DNA of 64,000 nucleotides from an uncultured Planctomycetia bacterium. Its GTDB lineage: Bacteria > Omnitrophota > Gorgyraeia > Tantalellales > Tantalellaceae. This document shows positions 42,122 through 52,297 of this stretch, piece after piece. The position numbers and the translations under genes were made by a program. Positions within the stretch are counted from its first letter, which is position 1; every line of letters starts with the position of its first letter. The notes beneath the pieces were generated by a model. It saw only the letters and a program-made list of their open reading frames with translations. It was not told the origin of the DNA and ran no database searches. The stretch is from NCBI GenBank assembly GCA_964527765.1, contig CAZGQR010000010.1:1680-65679 (forward strand). Reading direction: 5' to 3'.

Positions 42122-43030
42122 ATGGAAAAAGAATCCTTTTTACAGAAAATTAACAAACAAAAGGTTTCGTATCTCTTCATAGCCTTACCGGCTATATTAT
42201 TCTTCATATTTCAGCTGGCACCGGTTTTCATATCCTTCTTCTGGTCTTTTACCCGATACGACGTTGTGCATTCGCCGCGGTTCGTTGGTCTGGCCAACTA
42301 TAAAAACATACTTTTTAATGATCCCCTGTTCTGGAAAGCGATCACCAATACGGTCATATATGTTATAGGGGTGGTCCCGGTCGGTATTTGTATTTCACTT
42401 CTTCTCGCCGTCGCCATAGATCAGAAGATAAAATTCAAGAATTTCTTTAAATCGATATTCTTCCTGCCGACAGTTACCGCGATAGTTGCCGTGTCGGTTA
42501 TATGGAAATGGCTGTACGCGGGAGGAAAATACGGTCTATTGAATTACATGGTCATTAAGCTGGGTTTCCAGCCTATTGACTGGTTAGCGAGCCCTACATG
42601 GATCTTGCCTGCCATAATGATAATGTCCATCTGGGCCGGACTTGGGTATAACGTGATCCTTTTTTTGGCCGGCCTTCAGACGATCCCGCACATGATGTAC
42701 GAGGCGGCCGAGATAGACGGGGCGGGTTTCTGGAGAAAATTTTTTAACGTGACGCTGCCGCTGCTGAAACCGACCATTGTTTTCGTGACCATGATGAGTT
42801 TCATTTTCAGCTTTCAGGTCTTCGAACAGGTGTATATCATGACGAGCGGACATGGCGACATAGGCGGCGTTTTGAACAGCGGCCTTACGATCGTCGCGTA
42901 CCTTTACGATAAAGGTTTTCAGAAGTTTCAGATGGGATACGCTTCGGCGCTGGCGTATATAATATTTCTGTGCATATTTATGCTTCCAATGATCAACAGG
43001 CGCCTTATGAGGGCACACGTGGAATACTAA
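42122..43030 (+). CDS. Sugar ABC transporter permease (MalF/UgpA-like inner-membrane component)
   Basis: Six or more hydrophobic helices and the EAA-loop motif EAAEIDGAGFWRKFFNVTLPLLKP. Confidence 0.8.
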   Translation: MEKESFLQKINKQKVSYLFIALPAILFFIFQLAPVFISFFWSFTRYDVVHSPRFVGLANYKNILFNDPLFWKAITNTVIYVIGVVPVGICISLLLAVAIDQKIKFKNFFKSIFFLPTVTAIVAVSVIWKWLYAGGKYGLLNYMVIKLGFQPIDWLASPTWILPAIMIMSIWAGLGYNVILFLAGLQTIPHMMYEAAEIDGAGFWRKFFNVTLPLLKPTIVFVTMMSFIFSFQVFEQVYIMTSGHGDIGGVLNSGLTIVAYLYDKGFQKFQMGYASALAYIIFLCIFMLPMINRRLMRAHVEY

Positions 43031-43069
43031 AAACGCGATATGTAATACTGGAAGGAGCTTGCGCGGGTC

Positions 43070-43921
43070 ATGGTCAGACGGGATGCAGATATCAGAAGAG
43101 ATTCATTTACGGTCAAGACGTTCATATATATCTTTCTGATCGCCGGCGCCGTTACCATGGCCGTGCCTTACGTGTGGATGTTCGTGACATCCATCAAACC
43201 CCTGGAGGAAATACAATCCTATCCTCCGAGTTTTATCGTTCACAACCCCACCCTGGAACCGTACAAGGATCTTTTTCACATGGTACCGATGGTCAGGTAT
43301 CTGTTCAATAGTCTCTTTGTCGCGGGTTCCATCACCCTTTTTAATGTCTTTGCGACGTCCCTTGCGGGCTATGCCTTTGCCAAGCATAAATTCTGGGGAA
43401 GGGATAAGCTGTTTTTCATATTTCTCGGGTCACTCATGATACCATGGCAGGTCAACATAATCCCCGGATTCGTTATTGTAAAAAAGCTCGGCTGGCTGAA
43501 CACGTACAGTGGTCTTATCATACCGGCCATGGCATGGTGCGCGTTCGGGATATTTCTTAACCGTCAGTATATCTACAGCATTCCGGATGATCTTATTGAT
43601 GCGGCAAGGATAGACGGGTGCAGTGAATTTATGATATACCGCAAGGTTATATTACCCCTGATAAAGCCGGTCATCGCGACACTGGCAATATTCACTTTTT
43701 TGCAGCAGTGGAACAATTTTGTATGGCCCCTGGTCATTATCCACACGAGCAATATGCGGACGATCCCGCTGGCGCTTGCCGTTCTTACCGGCCAGTTCGG
43801 CGCGAACTTCGGCATGGTCATGGCCGGAGCGGTGATCGCGACATTGCCGATGCTTGTCGTGTACTTATTGTTCCAGAAGTATATAATAAAAGGCATAGCG
43901 ATGACGGGCTTGAAGGGTTGA
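43070..43921 (+). CDS. Sugar ABC transporter permease (MalG/UgpE-like)
   Basis: PYVWMFVTSIKP N-terminal signature and the EAA loop DAARIDGCSEFMIYRKVILPLIKP. The start is set at ATG 43070; an internal start is not excluded. Confidence 0.75.
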   Translation: MVRRDADIRRDSFTVKTFIYIFLIAGAVTMAVPYVWMFVTSIKPLEEIQSYPPSFIVHNPTLEPYKDLFHMVPMVRYLFNSLFVAGSITLFNVFATSLAGYAFAKHKFWGRDKLFFIFLGSLMIPWQVNIIPGFVIVKKLGWLNTYSGLIIPAMAWCAFGIFLNRQYIYSIPDDLIDAARIDGCSEFMIYRKVILPLIKPVIATLAIFTFLQQWNNFVWPLVIIHTSNMRTIPLALAVLTGQFGANFGMVMAGAVIATLPMLVVYLLFQKYIIKGIAMTGLKG

Positions 43922-43933
43922 AGAAAGGAAACC

Positions 43934-45574
43934 ATGAAGAGAGCGACTGTTTTGTCCGTTCTACTGTTACTTTTGGCGTATCCATTATCCGGCTGCGGGA
44001 CGAAAGAAGAGCCCGTTTCGGAAGTAAAATACGAGACCGCAAAGCCGGCGAGCGATACGGCTCTTTTGATCGAGACGGTCGAGGTCCCGTCCGGCGATCC
44101 GCTGGTCTACCTCAAGGCCGTGGATGCCAGGGCATCCAGCTTCGATGAGACCCCCGATTGGGCCCCCGAACCGGATCCCATGGCGCCTGTTGACGGGGAT
44201 ATGCTCACGCGCTGGTCCAGCGATTATAATCCGGGCGATCAATGGATCTATTTTGACCTTGGAGAGGGCAGCGTGGTGAGCGATGTCATCATCAGGTGGG
44301 AAAGAGCGTATGCTACCGATTATGAGATACTGGTTTCAAATGATGCTGACGCCTGGAAAGGGGTTTATCGCGAGAAAAACGCGCTAGGCGGAGTTACGGA
44401 AGCCGTCTTCACCCCCGTAAGATGCCGTTATGTGAAGGTGCTGGGAACAGGAAGAGCCAACAAGGATTGGGGTATTTCCATATGGGAGGCCGAGATATAC
44501 GGCCCGGAGAGTCAAAATCCGCATGCGTCCCTGACGAAGGAAGGTTATCTCAGCAGGGGGGGAGATGAAACAAAGAAAAAAGAAACGGAGAAACTTATGG
44601 AAGAACAAGCCGCTCCGGTGATCCCGATAGGCGAAAAAGAGTTCCAAAAGGGCGTCGTCTATACATCATGGATGGCGGATGAACTGTCCTTCCCGGCGTC
44701 CGATCTGACCCTTGTGCATATCAAAAAGATAGGATTTGATACGGTGTCTATCATGGTCCCTGCTTATCAGGAGAAGATCGATTCCAAGGTGATCTATATC
44801 AACGACAAACCCGGCGGTGATACGCCTACCATGGACGCGCTTAAGCATGCCGTTCAGTCCTGCCACAAACTGGGCCTGCGTGTCATGATAAAACCCCATG
44901 TCGATCCCAGGACGGACGAAGCGCGTATCAACATACTTCCCTCCGAAGAATGGTTCGACAGTTATGAGGAGTTCGTGATCAAGTACGCCCGGTTCGCTCA
45001 GGAAAACGGCGCGGAACTTTTTTCCGTGGGAACAGAACTTGAAGGAACCACTTTTGAAGCGTGGACCGACAGGTGGAACCGGGTCATCGATAAGGTCAGA
45101 GAAGTCTATAAAGGCCTCTTGACGTATTCGGCGAACTGGACGGAGTACAAGGAAGTGCCGTTCTGGGATAAGATGGATTTCATCGGGATCGATGCCTATT
45201 TTCCGCTGGCGGGGAACGACAATCCTTCCCCGGAAGAACTTAAGAATGCCTGGGAAACACACGCCGATGAAATAGAGAAGTGGCTTAACGAAAAAGGATT
45301 AACGGAAAAGGGTGTCCTTCTTACCGAGATAGGATACCCGTCCGCCGACGGCGCGGGCCGTCAACCCTGGGTGGCCGTATCCAAGCAAGAGGACCAGCAG
45401 GAACAGGCTGATTGCCTTGAGGCCATGTTCACGGTCCTGAGCAAACGGCCATGGTTCAAAGGATATTATATCTGGCAGTATTTCCCCCAGGAAAGGTGGA
45501 GCCCGCTGGGATTTACCGTGAAAGGGAAAAAAGCTGAGGAAGTGATCAAAAATTGGTTAAAAGTCAGTGAATAA
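43934..45574 (+). CDS. Secreted lipoprotein: F5/8 type C (discoidin) carbohydrate-binding domain + clan GH-A TIM-barrel glycoside hydrolase (beta-mannanase-like guess)
   Basis: Lipobox LLLLAYPLSGCG. The discoidin-like block is GDMLTRWSSDYNPGDQWIYFDLGEGSVVSDVIIRWERAYATDYEILVSND. The clan GH-A catalytic pair is the acid VGTELEG and the nucleophile LLTEIGYPS. Confidence 0.6.
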   Translation: MKRATVLSVLLLLLAYPLSGCGTKEEPVSEVKYETAKPASDTALLIETVEVPSGDPLVYLKAVDARASSFDETPDWAPEPDPMAPVDGDMLTRWSSDYNPGDQWIYFDLGEGSVVSDVIIRWERAYATDYEILVSNDADAWKGVYREKNALGGVTEAVFTPVRCRYVKVLGTGRANKDWGISIWEAEIYGPESQNPHASLTKEGYLSRGGDETKKKETEKLMEEQAAPVIPIGEKEFQKGVVYTSWMADELSFPASDLTLVHIKKIGFDTVSIMVPAYQEKIDSKVIYINDKPGGDTPTMDALKHAVQSCHKLGLRVMIKPHVDPRTDEARINILPSEEWFDSYEEFVIKYARFAQENGAELFSVGTELEGTTFEAWTDRWNRVIDKVREVYKGLLTYSANWTEYKEVPFWDKMDFIGIDAYFPLAGNDNPSPEELKNAWETHADEIEKWLNEKGLTEKGVLLTEIGYPSADGAGRQPWVAVSKQEDQQEQADCLEAMFTVLSKRPWFKGYYIWQYFPQERWSPLGFTVKGKKAEEVIKNWLKVSE

Positions 45575-45595
45575 TAGCAAAAAGGAGGTCGTAAG

Positions 45596-46186
45596 ATGAA
45601 GAAAGTTCTATTGGCGCTCGTGGTGATGGGTCTCTTCTTCGTTGGAGCGGTTATACACGCTGAAGAGGAAACCGTTATTTTCAGTTTTGAAAACGGGCTG
45701 CAGGGATGGGAGATCCCGGACTGGGCGTATGAAAAACCGGATCACGTGCAGAAAGAGATCAACCCCTCTGACAAGTATGCCTCGCAGGGCAGAAGCAGCC
45801 TGGAGATGGATGTAGAGTTTCCCGGGGGACGATGGACAGGCGCTATAATAGAGATCATGCAGTATTTTGACTGGACCGATTACAGCAAGATAGCGTGTGA
45901 TATCTATCTTCCGAAGGATGCCCCGCTGGGATTGAAAGGTAAGATGATATTGACGGTCGGGGACAGCTGGAAGTGGGTCGAGCAGAGCAAATCTTATGCT
46001 CTGAAACCCGGCGAATGGGTAACGCTGACAGCCGACCTGAAGCCCGGCAGCATTGACTGGAGGAGGGTACAGGTCGATGATGCGTTTCGCCAGGATGTAA
46101 GAAAGCTCGATATAAGGGTGGAGTCAAACAACAGGCCCGCGTATACCGGTCCTATTTATATCGACAATATAAGAGTTATAAAGTAA
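45596..46186 (+). CDS. Small secreted carbohydrate-binding-module-like protein (paralog A)
   Basis: Signal peptide MKKVLLALVVMGLFFVGAVIHA. Beta-sandwich-like motifs FPGGRWTGAIIEIMQY ... DIYLPKDAPLGLKGKMILTVGDSWKWVE ... GPIYIDNIRV. It is a clear paralog of 46226..46936. Confidence 0.55.
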   Translation: MKKVLLALVVMGLFFVGAVIHAEEETVIFSFENGLQGWEIPDWAYEKPDHVQKEINPSDKYASQGRSSLEMDVEFPGGRWTGAIIEIMQYFDWTDYSKIACDIYLPKDAPLGLKGKMILTVGDSWKWVEQSKSYALKPGEWVTLTADLKPGSIDWRRVQVDDAFRQDVRKLDIRVESNNRPAYTGPIYIDNIRVIK

Positions 46187-46225
46187 GACCCGAAGCATGT
46201 AACCTAAAAAAAGAAAGGAAGAAGG

Positions 46226-46936
46226 ATGAGATATCTCCGCATAAGCGCCTTGGGGGCGGTCGTGGCAGGTCTTTGTGTTATTACACTTAGCCTTAATGGT
46301 TGCGGCAGGCGGGAAGAAGGTCCCACGGGAGAAGTTAAAGCGATCGACGCAAAAACAAAGGATAAACCGCAGGAGAAAGAAATGCCCGTGCCTTCCACTG
46401 CACCCATAACCGAAGAGAGGACCTATTACGATTTCGAGACGTCTGATCTGAACGGTTGGGAAATTCCGATGTGGGCTCTTGATAAGACCGATTATGTGGC
46501 CAAGGGTGCCGAGCTTTCCAGGGAAGTAGCCTCTCACGGGGACGCCAGCATGAAAGTCACGACGGATTTTCCGGGCGGACTCTGGTCGGCGGCATTGGTC
46601 GAGATACAGCAATATCTGGTCTTGAGCTCTTACCGGGTAGTGAGGGCGGATATATATCTTCCGGAAGATGCCCCTATAGGGCTTAAAGCGAAGTTGATAT
46701 TGACCGTGGGGAATAACTGGAAGTTCGTTGAAATGAGCCGTAGCGCGCCGCTTATACCCGGGGAGTGGGTCACCATCACCGCAAATATCGAACCCGGCAG
46801 TTACGACTGGAAGAGGGTCGTTCCGGATGAGAAATTTGCGGAGGATGTTCGAAAGATAGCGATACGAATAGAGTCTAACCGGAAACCAAAATATTCCGGA
46901 CCCATATATATTGATAATGTCAGGGTCGGCAGGTAA
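46226..46936 (+). CDS. Secreted lipoprotein, carbohydrate-binding-module-like (paralog B)
   Basis: Lipobox ITLSLNGCG. FPGGLWSAALVEIQQY ... DIYLPEDAPIGLKAKLILTVGNNWKFVE ... GPIYIDNVRV. Confidence 0.55.
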   Translation: MRYLRISALGAVVAGLCVITLSLNGCGRREEGPTGEVKAIDAKTKDKPQEKEMPVPSTAPITEERTYYDFETSDLNGWEIPMWALDKTDYVAKGAELSREVASHGDASMKVTTDFPGGLWSAALVEIQQYLVLSSYRVVRADIYLPEDAPIGLKAKLILTVGNNWKFVEMSRSAPLIPGEWVTITANIEPGSYDWKRVVPDEKFAEDVRKIAIRIESNRKPKYSGPIYIDNVRVGR

Positions 46937-47118
46937 AGACCGGGTATTTGCTTTCGGGTGCCGGGCGCGGATGGTAATATTTCGGCTCCCGACACCCGAA
47001 AGCTGAATTTTTTTTGTTTCTTTAATCAGAACTTATTAAATGTTATTTTAACTCGCGCTTATTGCTTGACTTTGCCGGACTTGCTGAGTGGTGTGTTCAT
47101 TAAACGAAAGGAAAGACC

Positions 47119-48222
47119 ATGGAAAAAGAAAGCAGCCAAAAAAAAGGAACCGCCAAGAGAGGAATAAAGAAGATGATCCCGGGCAGGATGATGCCGTGGC
47201 TGGTGGCAGTGCTGGTCATCGCCGTGATTTTCGGAGTAAAGATCTTAAGGCCGGCGCGCGAAGCCAGGGGATTTCAGAAAGGCATAGGGTATGTTACGTG
47301 GTCGGAAGAAGGATATCTTGGTTCCTTTTCTGACGAGTCCCTGAAGAAAGTCAGTAGCACGGGAACTGACCATGTCGGCATACTCGTAACATGGTATCAG
47401 ACGACCCCCTGGTCCGGAGACATACAGAGGACCAGCAAGACGCCTTCCGACGAAGCGGTTATCCATGCCATAAGAAAAGCGCATGAACTGCGCATGAAGG
47501 TCATGTTAAAACTGCATCTCGATCTTCTTGACAAATCGGACGGAAGCTGGAGAGGAGAGATCGGGTGCATGAGGGAAGCGGAATGGGACGAATGGTTCCG
47601 CAGATACACGAAGTATGTTATGCATTATGTCGATATGGCGAAAAAGGAAAAAGTGGAGATGATCTGTGTCGGTACAGAACTGTCAACTACTGCAACAGTA
47701 AAAGGATATCTCTGGAGGGACCTCATAAAGAAGGTCAGAAGCAGGTATCGCGGGCTGCTGACGTACGCCGCTCACTGGGACAGATACATGGATATACGCT
47801 TCTGGGACCAGCTGGATTATGTAGGCATCAATGCTTATTTTCCCCTGACGGAAAAGATGAAGCCCACGTATGATGAGCTTCTGGAGGGGTGGAGCAAATG
47901 GTTGCCCGAAATAGAGGAATTCCAGAGCCAGGTCGAAAAACCTATTATTTTCCCGGAAAGCGGGTGCAATTCAGCAGATGGAGCGGCTATACGTCCATGG
48001 GAACATATTCCGAACAGCGAGGTAAATCTCAAGCTGCAGGAAGATTATTACAAAGCTCTTTTGGAGACGTTCTGGGACAAGAAATGGTTTTACGGACTTT
48101 ACTGGTGGTATTGGGGTACAAATGTGAAGATGGGCGGAAAATTTAATCGTGGTTTCACCCCCCAAAATAAACCGGCCGAGCAGGTCATAAAAAAGTGGTA
48201 TGCCAAACCGGTCAGGAGATAA
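47119..48222 (+). CDS. Membrane-anchored clan GH-A glycoside hydrolase (paralog of the 43934 catalytic domain)
   Basis: N-terminal TM LVAVLVIAVIFGV. The acid is VGTELSTT and the nucleophile IIFPESGCNS. GLLTYAAHWDRYMDIRFWDQLDYVGINAYFPL parallels GLLTYSANWTEYKEVPFWDKMDFIGIDAYFPL of the upstream GH. Confidence 0.6.
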   Translation: MEKESSQKKGTAKRGIKKMIPGRMMPWLVAVLVIAVIFGVKILRPAREARGFQKGIGYVTWSEEGYLGSFSDESLKKVSSTGTDHVGILVTWYQTTPWSGDIQRTSKTPSDEAVIHAIRKAHELRMKVMLKLHLDLLDKSDGSWRGEIGCMREAEWDEWFRRYTKYVMHYVDMAKKEKVEMICVGTELSTTATVKGYLWRDLIKKVRSRYRGLLTYAAHWDRYMDIRFWDQLDYVGINAYFPLTEKMKPTYDELLEGWSKWLPEIEEFQSQVEKPIIFPESGCNSADGAAIRPWEHIPNSEVNLKLQEDYYKALLETFWDKKWFYGLYWWYWGTNVKMGGKFNRGFTPQNKPAEQVIKKWYAKPVRR

Positions 48223-48270
48223 TATCGGCGGTGCGATAAGCAGTGTCTTTTATGTAAAGGAGCGCTTGTT

Positions 48271-49530
48271 ATGAGGGACCTTACGGTAAAAGAGAACAGG
48301 TTGTCGGAGAAAGAGCGCAGGAATTTGAGCATACTTGACTCGATACGGAGAGGCGGGGAAGTATCCCGGGCGGATATCTCGAAGGTGACCGATCTTAACA
48401 TTGTCACAGTGTCCAATTATGTCAGTAAATACACCAAGAATAAGATCGTTTTCGAGACGGGATTGGATATATCCACAGGGGGGCGAAGGCCGGAACTTCT
48501 GAAATTAAACCGTCAGTATGGTTACAGCATAGGGATAGATCTCGGGGCCCCGCAACTCACTATTGACGCGGCCGTCATCGGAGTGATCATGGACCTGTCA
48601 GGGAAAGTGCTTGCGAAAGAAAAGATAAAAAAAGAAGAAGACTCCTTCGAGAAACTGACGGATAAGGTCCTTGATCTGACGGGAACTCTTGTGAAGAAGT
48701 CCGGAGTCCCCTCTTCGGATATAAAGGGCATAGGTGTGGGCATATGGGGCGTGATTGACAGGTATCGGGCCATGGTAAGGTACGCTGTCGAGAACGAGCA
48801 GATCATCAGTTATGCGAATTTGCTGGACCGGCTGGAAAGCACGTTCAATGTCCCCGCTATCATTGAACATGACGCCACACTGGCGGCTTTCGGAGAAAGA
48901 TGGTCGGGCATAGGCGCGGGCAGTACTGCCGAAAACCTTGTCTTTTTGTGTTCCGATTCGAGCTGTGGTCTTGTTATAAAAGGCGAGCTTTATTATGGCG
49001 CCACCAAGAGTGCCGGTGAATTGAACCTGAACCCGCCTTATCCCGGCGAGGAAACCGGGCCTGATAATTGCTGGGCAAGTTATGATTACGGCTGTTGTCT
49101 CCGTTCCAGGGGGATAGATCTGGGGATACCGTCAACGATAAGGACTCATCTTACCGAACACCCGGAAAAGAAATCCCTTGCGTTGGAGTTGGCCGGAGAG
49201 AACCCGGAAAATATCGACCTTGCTATCGTTATCGAGGCCGCCGGAAAGGGGGATGCGCTGGCTAAGAAGGCCCTGGAAGATGCAGGAAACTATCTGGGGG
49301 CCAAGATCGCTTTTCTGATCAACCTTTTCAATCCCGAGGTGATTATCATAGGCAGGGGCATAGAAAAAGCCGGGGATATATTTTTCTCTGCCGTGAGAAG
49401 GTCTGTGAGGAAATGGGCTTATGAAGAATCGGTCAAGATAGTGAAGATACTTCCCACCAGTCTCGGAGAAGACGTTATCGCCATAGGCGCGGGTGCGTTG
49501 GTAATACAGGATATTTTCGCGAAAATATAG
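48271..49530 (+). CDS. ROK-family transcriptional regulator (NagC/Mlc-like; N-terminal wHTH + sugar-kinase fold)
   Basis: wHTH ILDSIRRGGEVSRADISKVTDLNIVTVSNYVSKY. ROK signature GIDLGAPQLTIDAAVIGV ... cysteine-rich CSDSSCGL...C. Confidence 0.75.
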   Translation: MRDLTVKENRLSEKERRNLSILDSIRRGGEVSRADISKVTDLNIVTVSNYVSKYTKNKIVFETGLDISTGGRRPELLKLNRQYGYSIGIDLGAPQLTIDAAVIGVIMDLSGKVLAKEKIKKEEDSFEKLTDKVLDLTGTLVKKSGVPSSDIKGIGVGIWGVIDRYRAMVRYAVENEQIISYANLLDRLESTFNVPAIIEHDATLAAFGERWSGIGAGSTAENLVFLCSDSSCGLVIKGELYYGATKSAGELNLNPPYPGEETGPDNCWASYDYGCCLRSRGIDLGIPSTIRTHLTEHPEKKSLALELAGENPENIDLAIVIEAAGKGDALAKKALEDAGNYLGAKIAFLINLFNPEVIIIGRGIEKAGDIFFSAVRRSVRKWAYEESVKIVKILPTSLGEDVIAIGAGALVIQDIFAKI

Positions 49531-49549
49531 CCGGAGAAGAGATCTCATA

Positions 49550-50782
49550 ATGGTGATCAGGAAATTGTTTGCGGTAGCGGTGGCTGTCGTTTTTGCGTTT
49601 TTCTGTGCGGGTTGTGCCGGCGGAAAAAACAGCGATGAACTTGTGATGTGGCTTGTGGGCTCAGAGGGGCAGGCCAAGACCGTGATGGAATTAGGCAAAA
49701 AGTTCACGGCCGAGACGGGTGTTAAGGTATTATGCCAGGCTATTTCGTGGGGGGATGCCCACAGCAAGTATCTGACATCCATTGCCGGCGAAGTATCCCC
49801 CGATATAGGGACAATGGGCCTTACCTGGGGTATGGAATTCGGAGAGCTCGGAGCCATGGTCGATCTGCGGGAAGAGTTTCCTGAAGAAGTAGCCGCGATC
49901 GAAAAAAAGATATTCCCGAGTATACTTCAGTCAACTCAACTGGGGGATAAGGTGTTCGGTATCCCGTTTGACCTTTCGGAGCACATCATGTATTACAGGA
50001 CGGATATCGTACAAACTCCGCCGGAGACCTGGGATGAACTTATGGAAGTGCTCAGGGGCCTGAAGGCCCGGAATAAGGGCATGGTGCTTGACTGGGGTTC
50101 ACTTGAATGGATCGGATACTCCCCGTTTTTATGGCAGGCGGGAGGAGATTATTACAATGATGATTACACCAAGGTCACCCTTGATACGCCTGAGGCCGTT
50201 CGGGCTCTGGATTTCTTTGCCCAGCTCTATAAGGAGGGTATGCCAAAAACCGCGATTCCCCTGGAACAAGCTATAAGAACGGGGGATTATCCGATGGCGA
50301 TATCCGGAAACTGGAAAATAATAAGCCTTACACTGGGTGCTCCGGAGGTAAAAGGTAAGTGGGCCATAGCTCTCCTGCCAAAAGGCCCTTCCGGCAAAAG
50401 AACCGCCTTTATCGGCGGAAGGATACTCGGTATATTTTCCAGGTCCAGGATGAAGAGGGAAGCCTGGGAATTTATAAAGTTTTTATTCCGCCCGCAGAAC
50501 CAGATACGGATTTACGAGGCTTCATTGGAGACGGAAGATGCGTATTTGCCGCCAAATATGGAAACCTGGAAAGATCTGCCCATGGATGATGATTTTAAAA
50601 AGATCCTGGAGCAGCAGGCAAGGGATGCCAAAGGGCCTCCGCCGGTCCTGGCGTGGGATTCCAGCACCAGATTTGTAAACCACGCCGTGCAAATGGTGAT
50701 ATTAAAGGGAGCCGATGCAAGCGAGGAGCTTAAAAAAGCCACGGGCAAGATGCAAGAGGAACTGGATAAAAGAGGACGTTAG
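49550..50782 (+). CDS. ABC transporter extracellular solute-binding lipoprotein (family 1, carbohydrate)
   Basis: Lipobox FFCAGCAG. Size and composition are typical of SBP_bac_1 (WGDAHSKYLTSIAGEVSPDIGTMG...). It sits adjacent to the two permeases. Confidence 0.6.
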   Translation: MVIRKLFAVAVAVVFAFFCAGCAGGKNSDELVMWLVGSEGQAKTVMELGKKFTAETGVKVLCQAISWGDAHSKYLTSIAGEVSPDIGTMGLTWGMEFGELGAMVDLREEFPEEVAAIEKKIFPSILQSTQLGDKVFGIPFDLSEHIMYYRTDIVQTPPETWDELMEVLRGLKARNKGMVLDWGSLEWIGYSPFLWQAGGDYYNDDYTKVTLDTPEAVRALDFFAQLYKEGMPKTAIPLEQAIRTGDYPMAISGNWKIISLTLGAPEVKGKWAIALLPKGPSGKRTAFIGGRILGIFSRSRMKREAWEFIKFLFRPQNQIRIYEASLETEDAYLPPNMETWKDLPMDDDFKKILEQQARDAKGPPPVLAWDSSTRFVNHAVQMVILKGADASEELKKATGKMQEELDKRGR

Positions 50783-50812
50783 CTTGTCCGGGTGAAAGCG
50801 GTTTCGAAACAT

Positions 50813-50842
50813 AAAAAAGGAGGCCTTTTGGCCTCCTTTTTT
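50813..50842. terminator. Bidirectional intrinsic terminator between the convergent SBP and OMP genes
   Basis: Perfect hairpin GGAGGCC-TTTT-GGCCTCC flanked by an A-run (50813-50818) and a T-run (50837-50842). Confidence 0.8.
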
Positions 50843-50863
50843 ATGATAAATAGTTCTTATTTA

Positions 50864-51769
50864 TTAGAACAGCAGCTGGACCTTGAGGATATACTCGTCC
50901 TGCATACTTACCCTGTCTTTACCGTTCCAGCGGTTATCCGGATCCCCCCGACCTGCGAATGTCCGCCCATATTGCAGTTCGACGTTCAAACTGAAAGGTA
51001 CATCCGGATAATCTTCACCTCTTTCAACGGCAGTGAAACCCTCTCCTACCAGGTTCAAGATGGGGCCCGCGCGCCAGGTATAGGTGTCCTTGATCTCCCC
51101 GGTGCCGGGATGCGATATCATACAGTCTACTTCACCCTTAAGCATCAGCCAGGAGAACGGGGCGAAGCCGGCTTCCGCGAACAAAGGGATCATGTTGGCG
51201 TATTTGTTCGTGGATATCCACTTGGAGCTCCACTTATATCCCGCTTCGCCGGAAACATAAAATTGTTTACCGTCGAATATACTCCAGGATTTTCCGATAA
51301 GCCCGCGTATTTCCAGGGCGTCCCCGTATTCATTGAGTTCAGGTTGCTTGTTCCTGTCTATGCCGCGCGGTTGGAAAAAAGCTTTGATCTGGACGGCGGC
51401 GGTTACGGGTTTCTGTAAAAATTTGTACTTGGCTCCAAGATTTATCTCCTTGAACCCTTCGTTCTTACTCGTGCCGTTTCCGTCTTTCCACCAGCCCCAC
51501 GTATAAGGCACTCCAAGCAGAAGGTTGAAATTATCCGTCACACCGTATTCGAGTTTTTCTTCGACATCGTAGATCCCCGACCATCCGCCATTCGGCCACC
51601 TGCCTTCATTGTTCTTTGAGTCAAAATATTTGCAGGAATACATGTATCTGGTAAAAGTTTCCATCCAGAATCTGCCCTTGTTAAGCGTCCACGGACCTGC
51701 ATGGGAATCCGCGGTAAAGGTCACCAGGGTAAAAAAACCTACCGTTAATAAAATGGCTATCTTTCTCAT
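50864..51769 (-). CDS. Putative outer-membrane beta-barrel protein
   Basis: Signal peptide MRKIAILLTVGFFTLVTFTADSHA. Alternating amphipathic beta-strand pattern rich in Y/W/G. C-terminal ...KVQLLF, a terminal aromatic as in OMP beta-barrels. The start is set at the internal Met (51769) that follows the A7G7 element. Confidence 0.55.
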   Translation of the reverse strand: MRKIAILLTVGFFTLVTFTADSHAGPWTLNKGRFWMETFTRYMYSCKYFDSKNNEGRWPNGGWSGIYDVEEKLEYGVTDNFNLLLGVPYTWGWWKDGNGTSKNEGFKEINLGAKYKFLQKPVTAAVQIKAFFQPRGIDRNKQPELNEYGDALEIRGLIGKSWSIFDGKQFYVSGEAGYKWSSKWISTNKYANMIPLFAEAGFAPFSWLMLKGEVDCMISHPGTGEIKDTYTWRAGPILNLVGEGFTAVERGEDYPDVPFSLNVELQYGRTFAGRGDPDNRWNGKDRVSMQDEYILKVQLLF

Positions 51770-51843
51770 TTGACCTACCCCCCCTTTTTTTATATAAAAA
51801 TCCTTTATTATTCGTATTCCGGATACGACCGATGAGCGGACGA

Positions 51844-52110
51844 TCAACGGCTCAGACCGAACAATGCCGCAAACCAGGCCATGATGCCTACCTGACCTTT
51901 TTGTTCCTCCAGGATCATCTTAACGTCGCTGGGGGCGAGAACGCCTTTCTCGGTCAGGATAGTTCCTATTTTTTTATGGATCTTGTGTATTTCTTCGTAT
52001 TCCTTCTGGATGTTCAGGGCTTCGGCAATATCTTTTTCGGATGCAAGCCCCTTACTTACAGCGATCTCGCCGAACCGTTTTATTTTTCTTCTTTTTAAAA
52101 AACCAAACAT
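51844..52110 (-). CDS. Hypothetical small protein (88 aa)
   Basis: Clean ORF between the OMP gene and htpX with a lysine-rich N-terminus. No recognisable motif was found. Confidence 0.35.
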   Translation of the reverse strand: MFGFLKRRKIKRFGEIAVSKGLASEKDIAEALNIQKEYEEIHKIHKKIGTILTEKGVLAPSDVKMILEEQKGQVGIMAWFAALFGLSR

Positions 52111-52297
52111 TCTAAGCTTAAAGGGTGAAACGATTTTTGCTATTTTGGCCCGTATATTGCCTATTATTTATTTGCCAAATAGTATATATCGTTTGATAGG
52201 GCAAGTCAAGCGTGAAGCTTGCAGCTGGAAGAAACGTGTTGCTTAAATGAAGGATGTTATATATAATTTTCAGTGTTCAACTCGGAAAGGAGCGACA

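Noticed and set aside
41872-42207. 111-aa minus-strand ORF overlapping the terminator region and the start of the first ABC permease gene
   Set aside because: It overlaps the well-supported permease start and its RBS and spans an AT-rich terminator/promoter region. It has no SD and its translation is low complexity.
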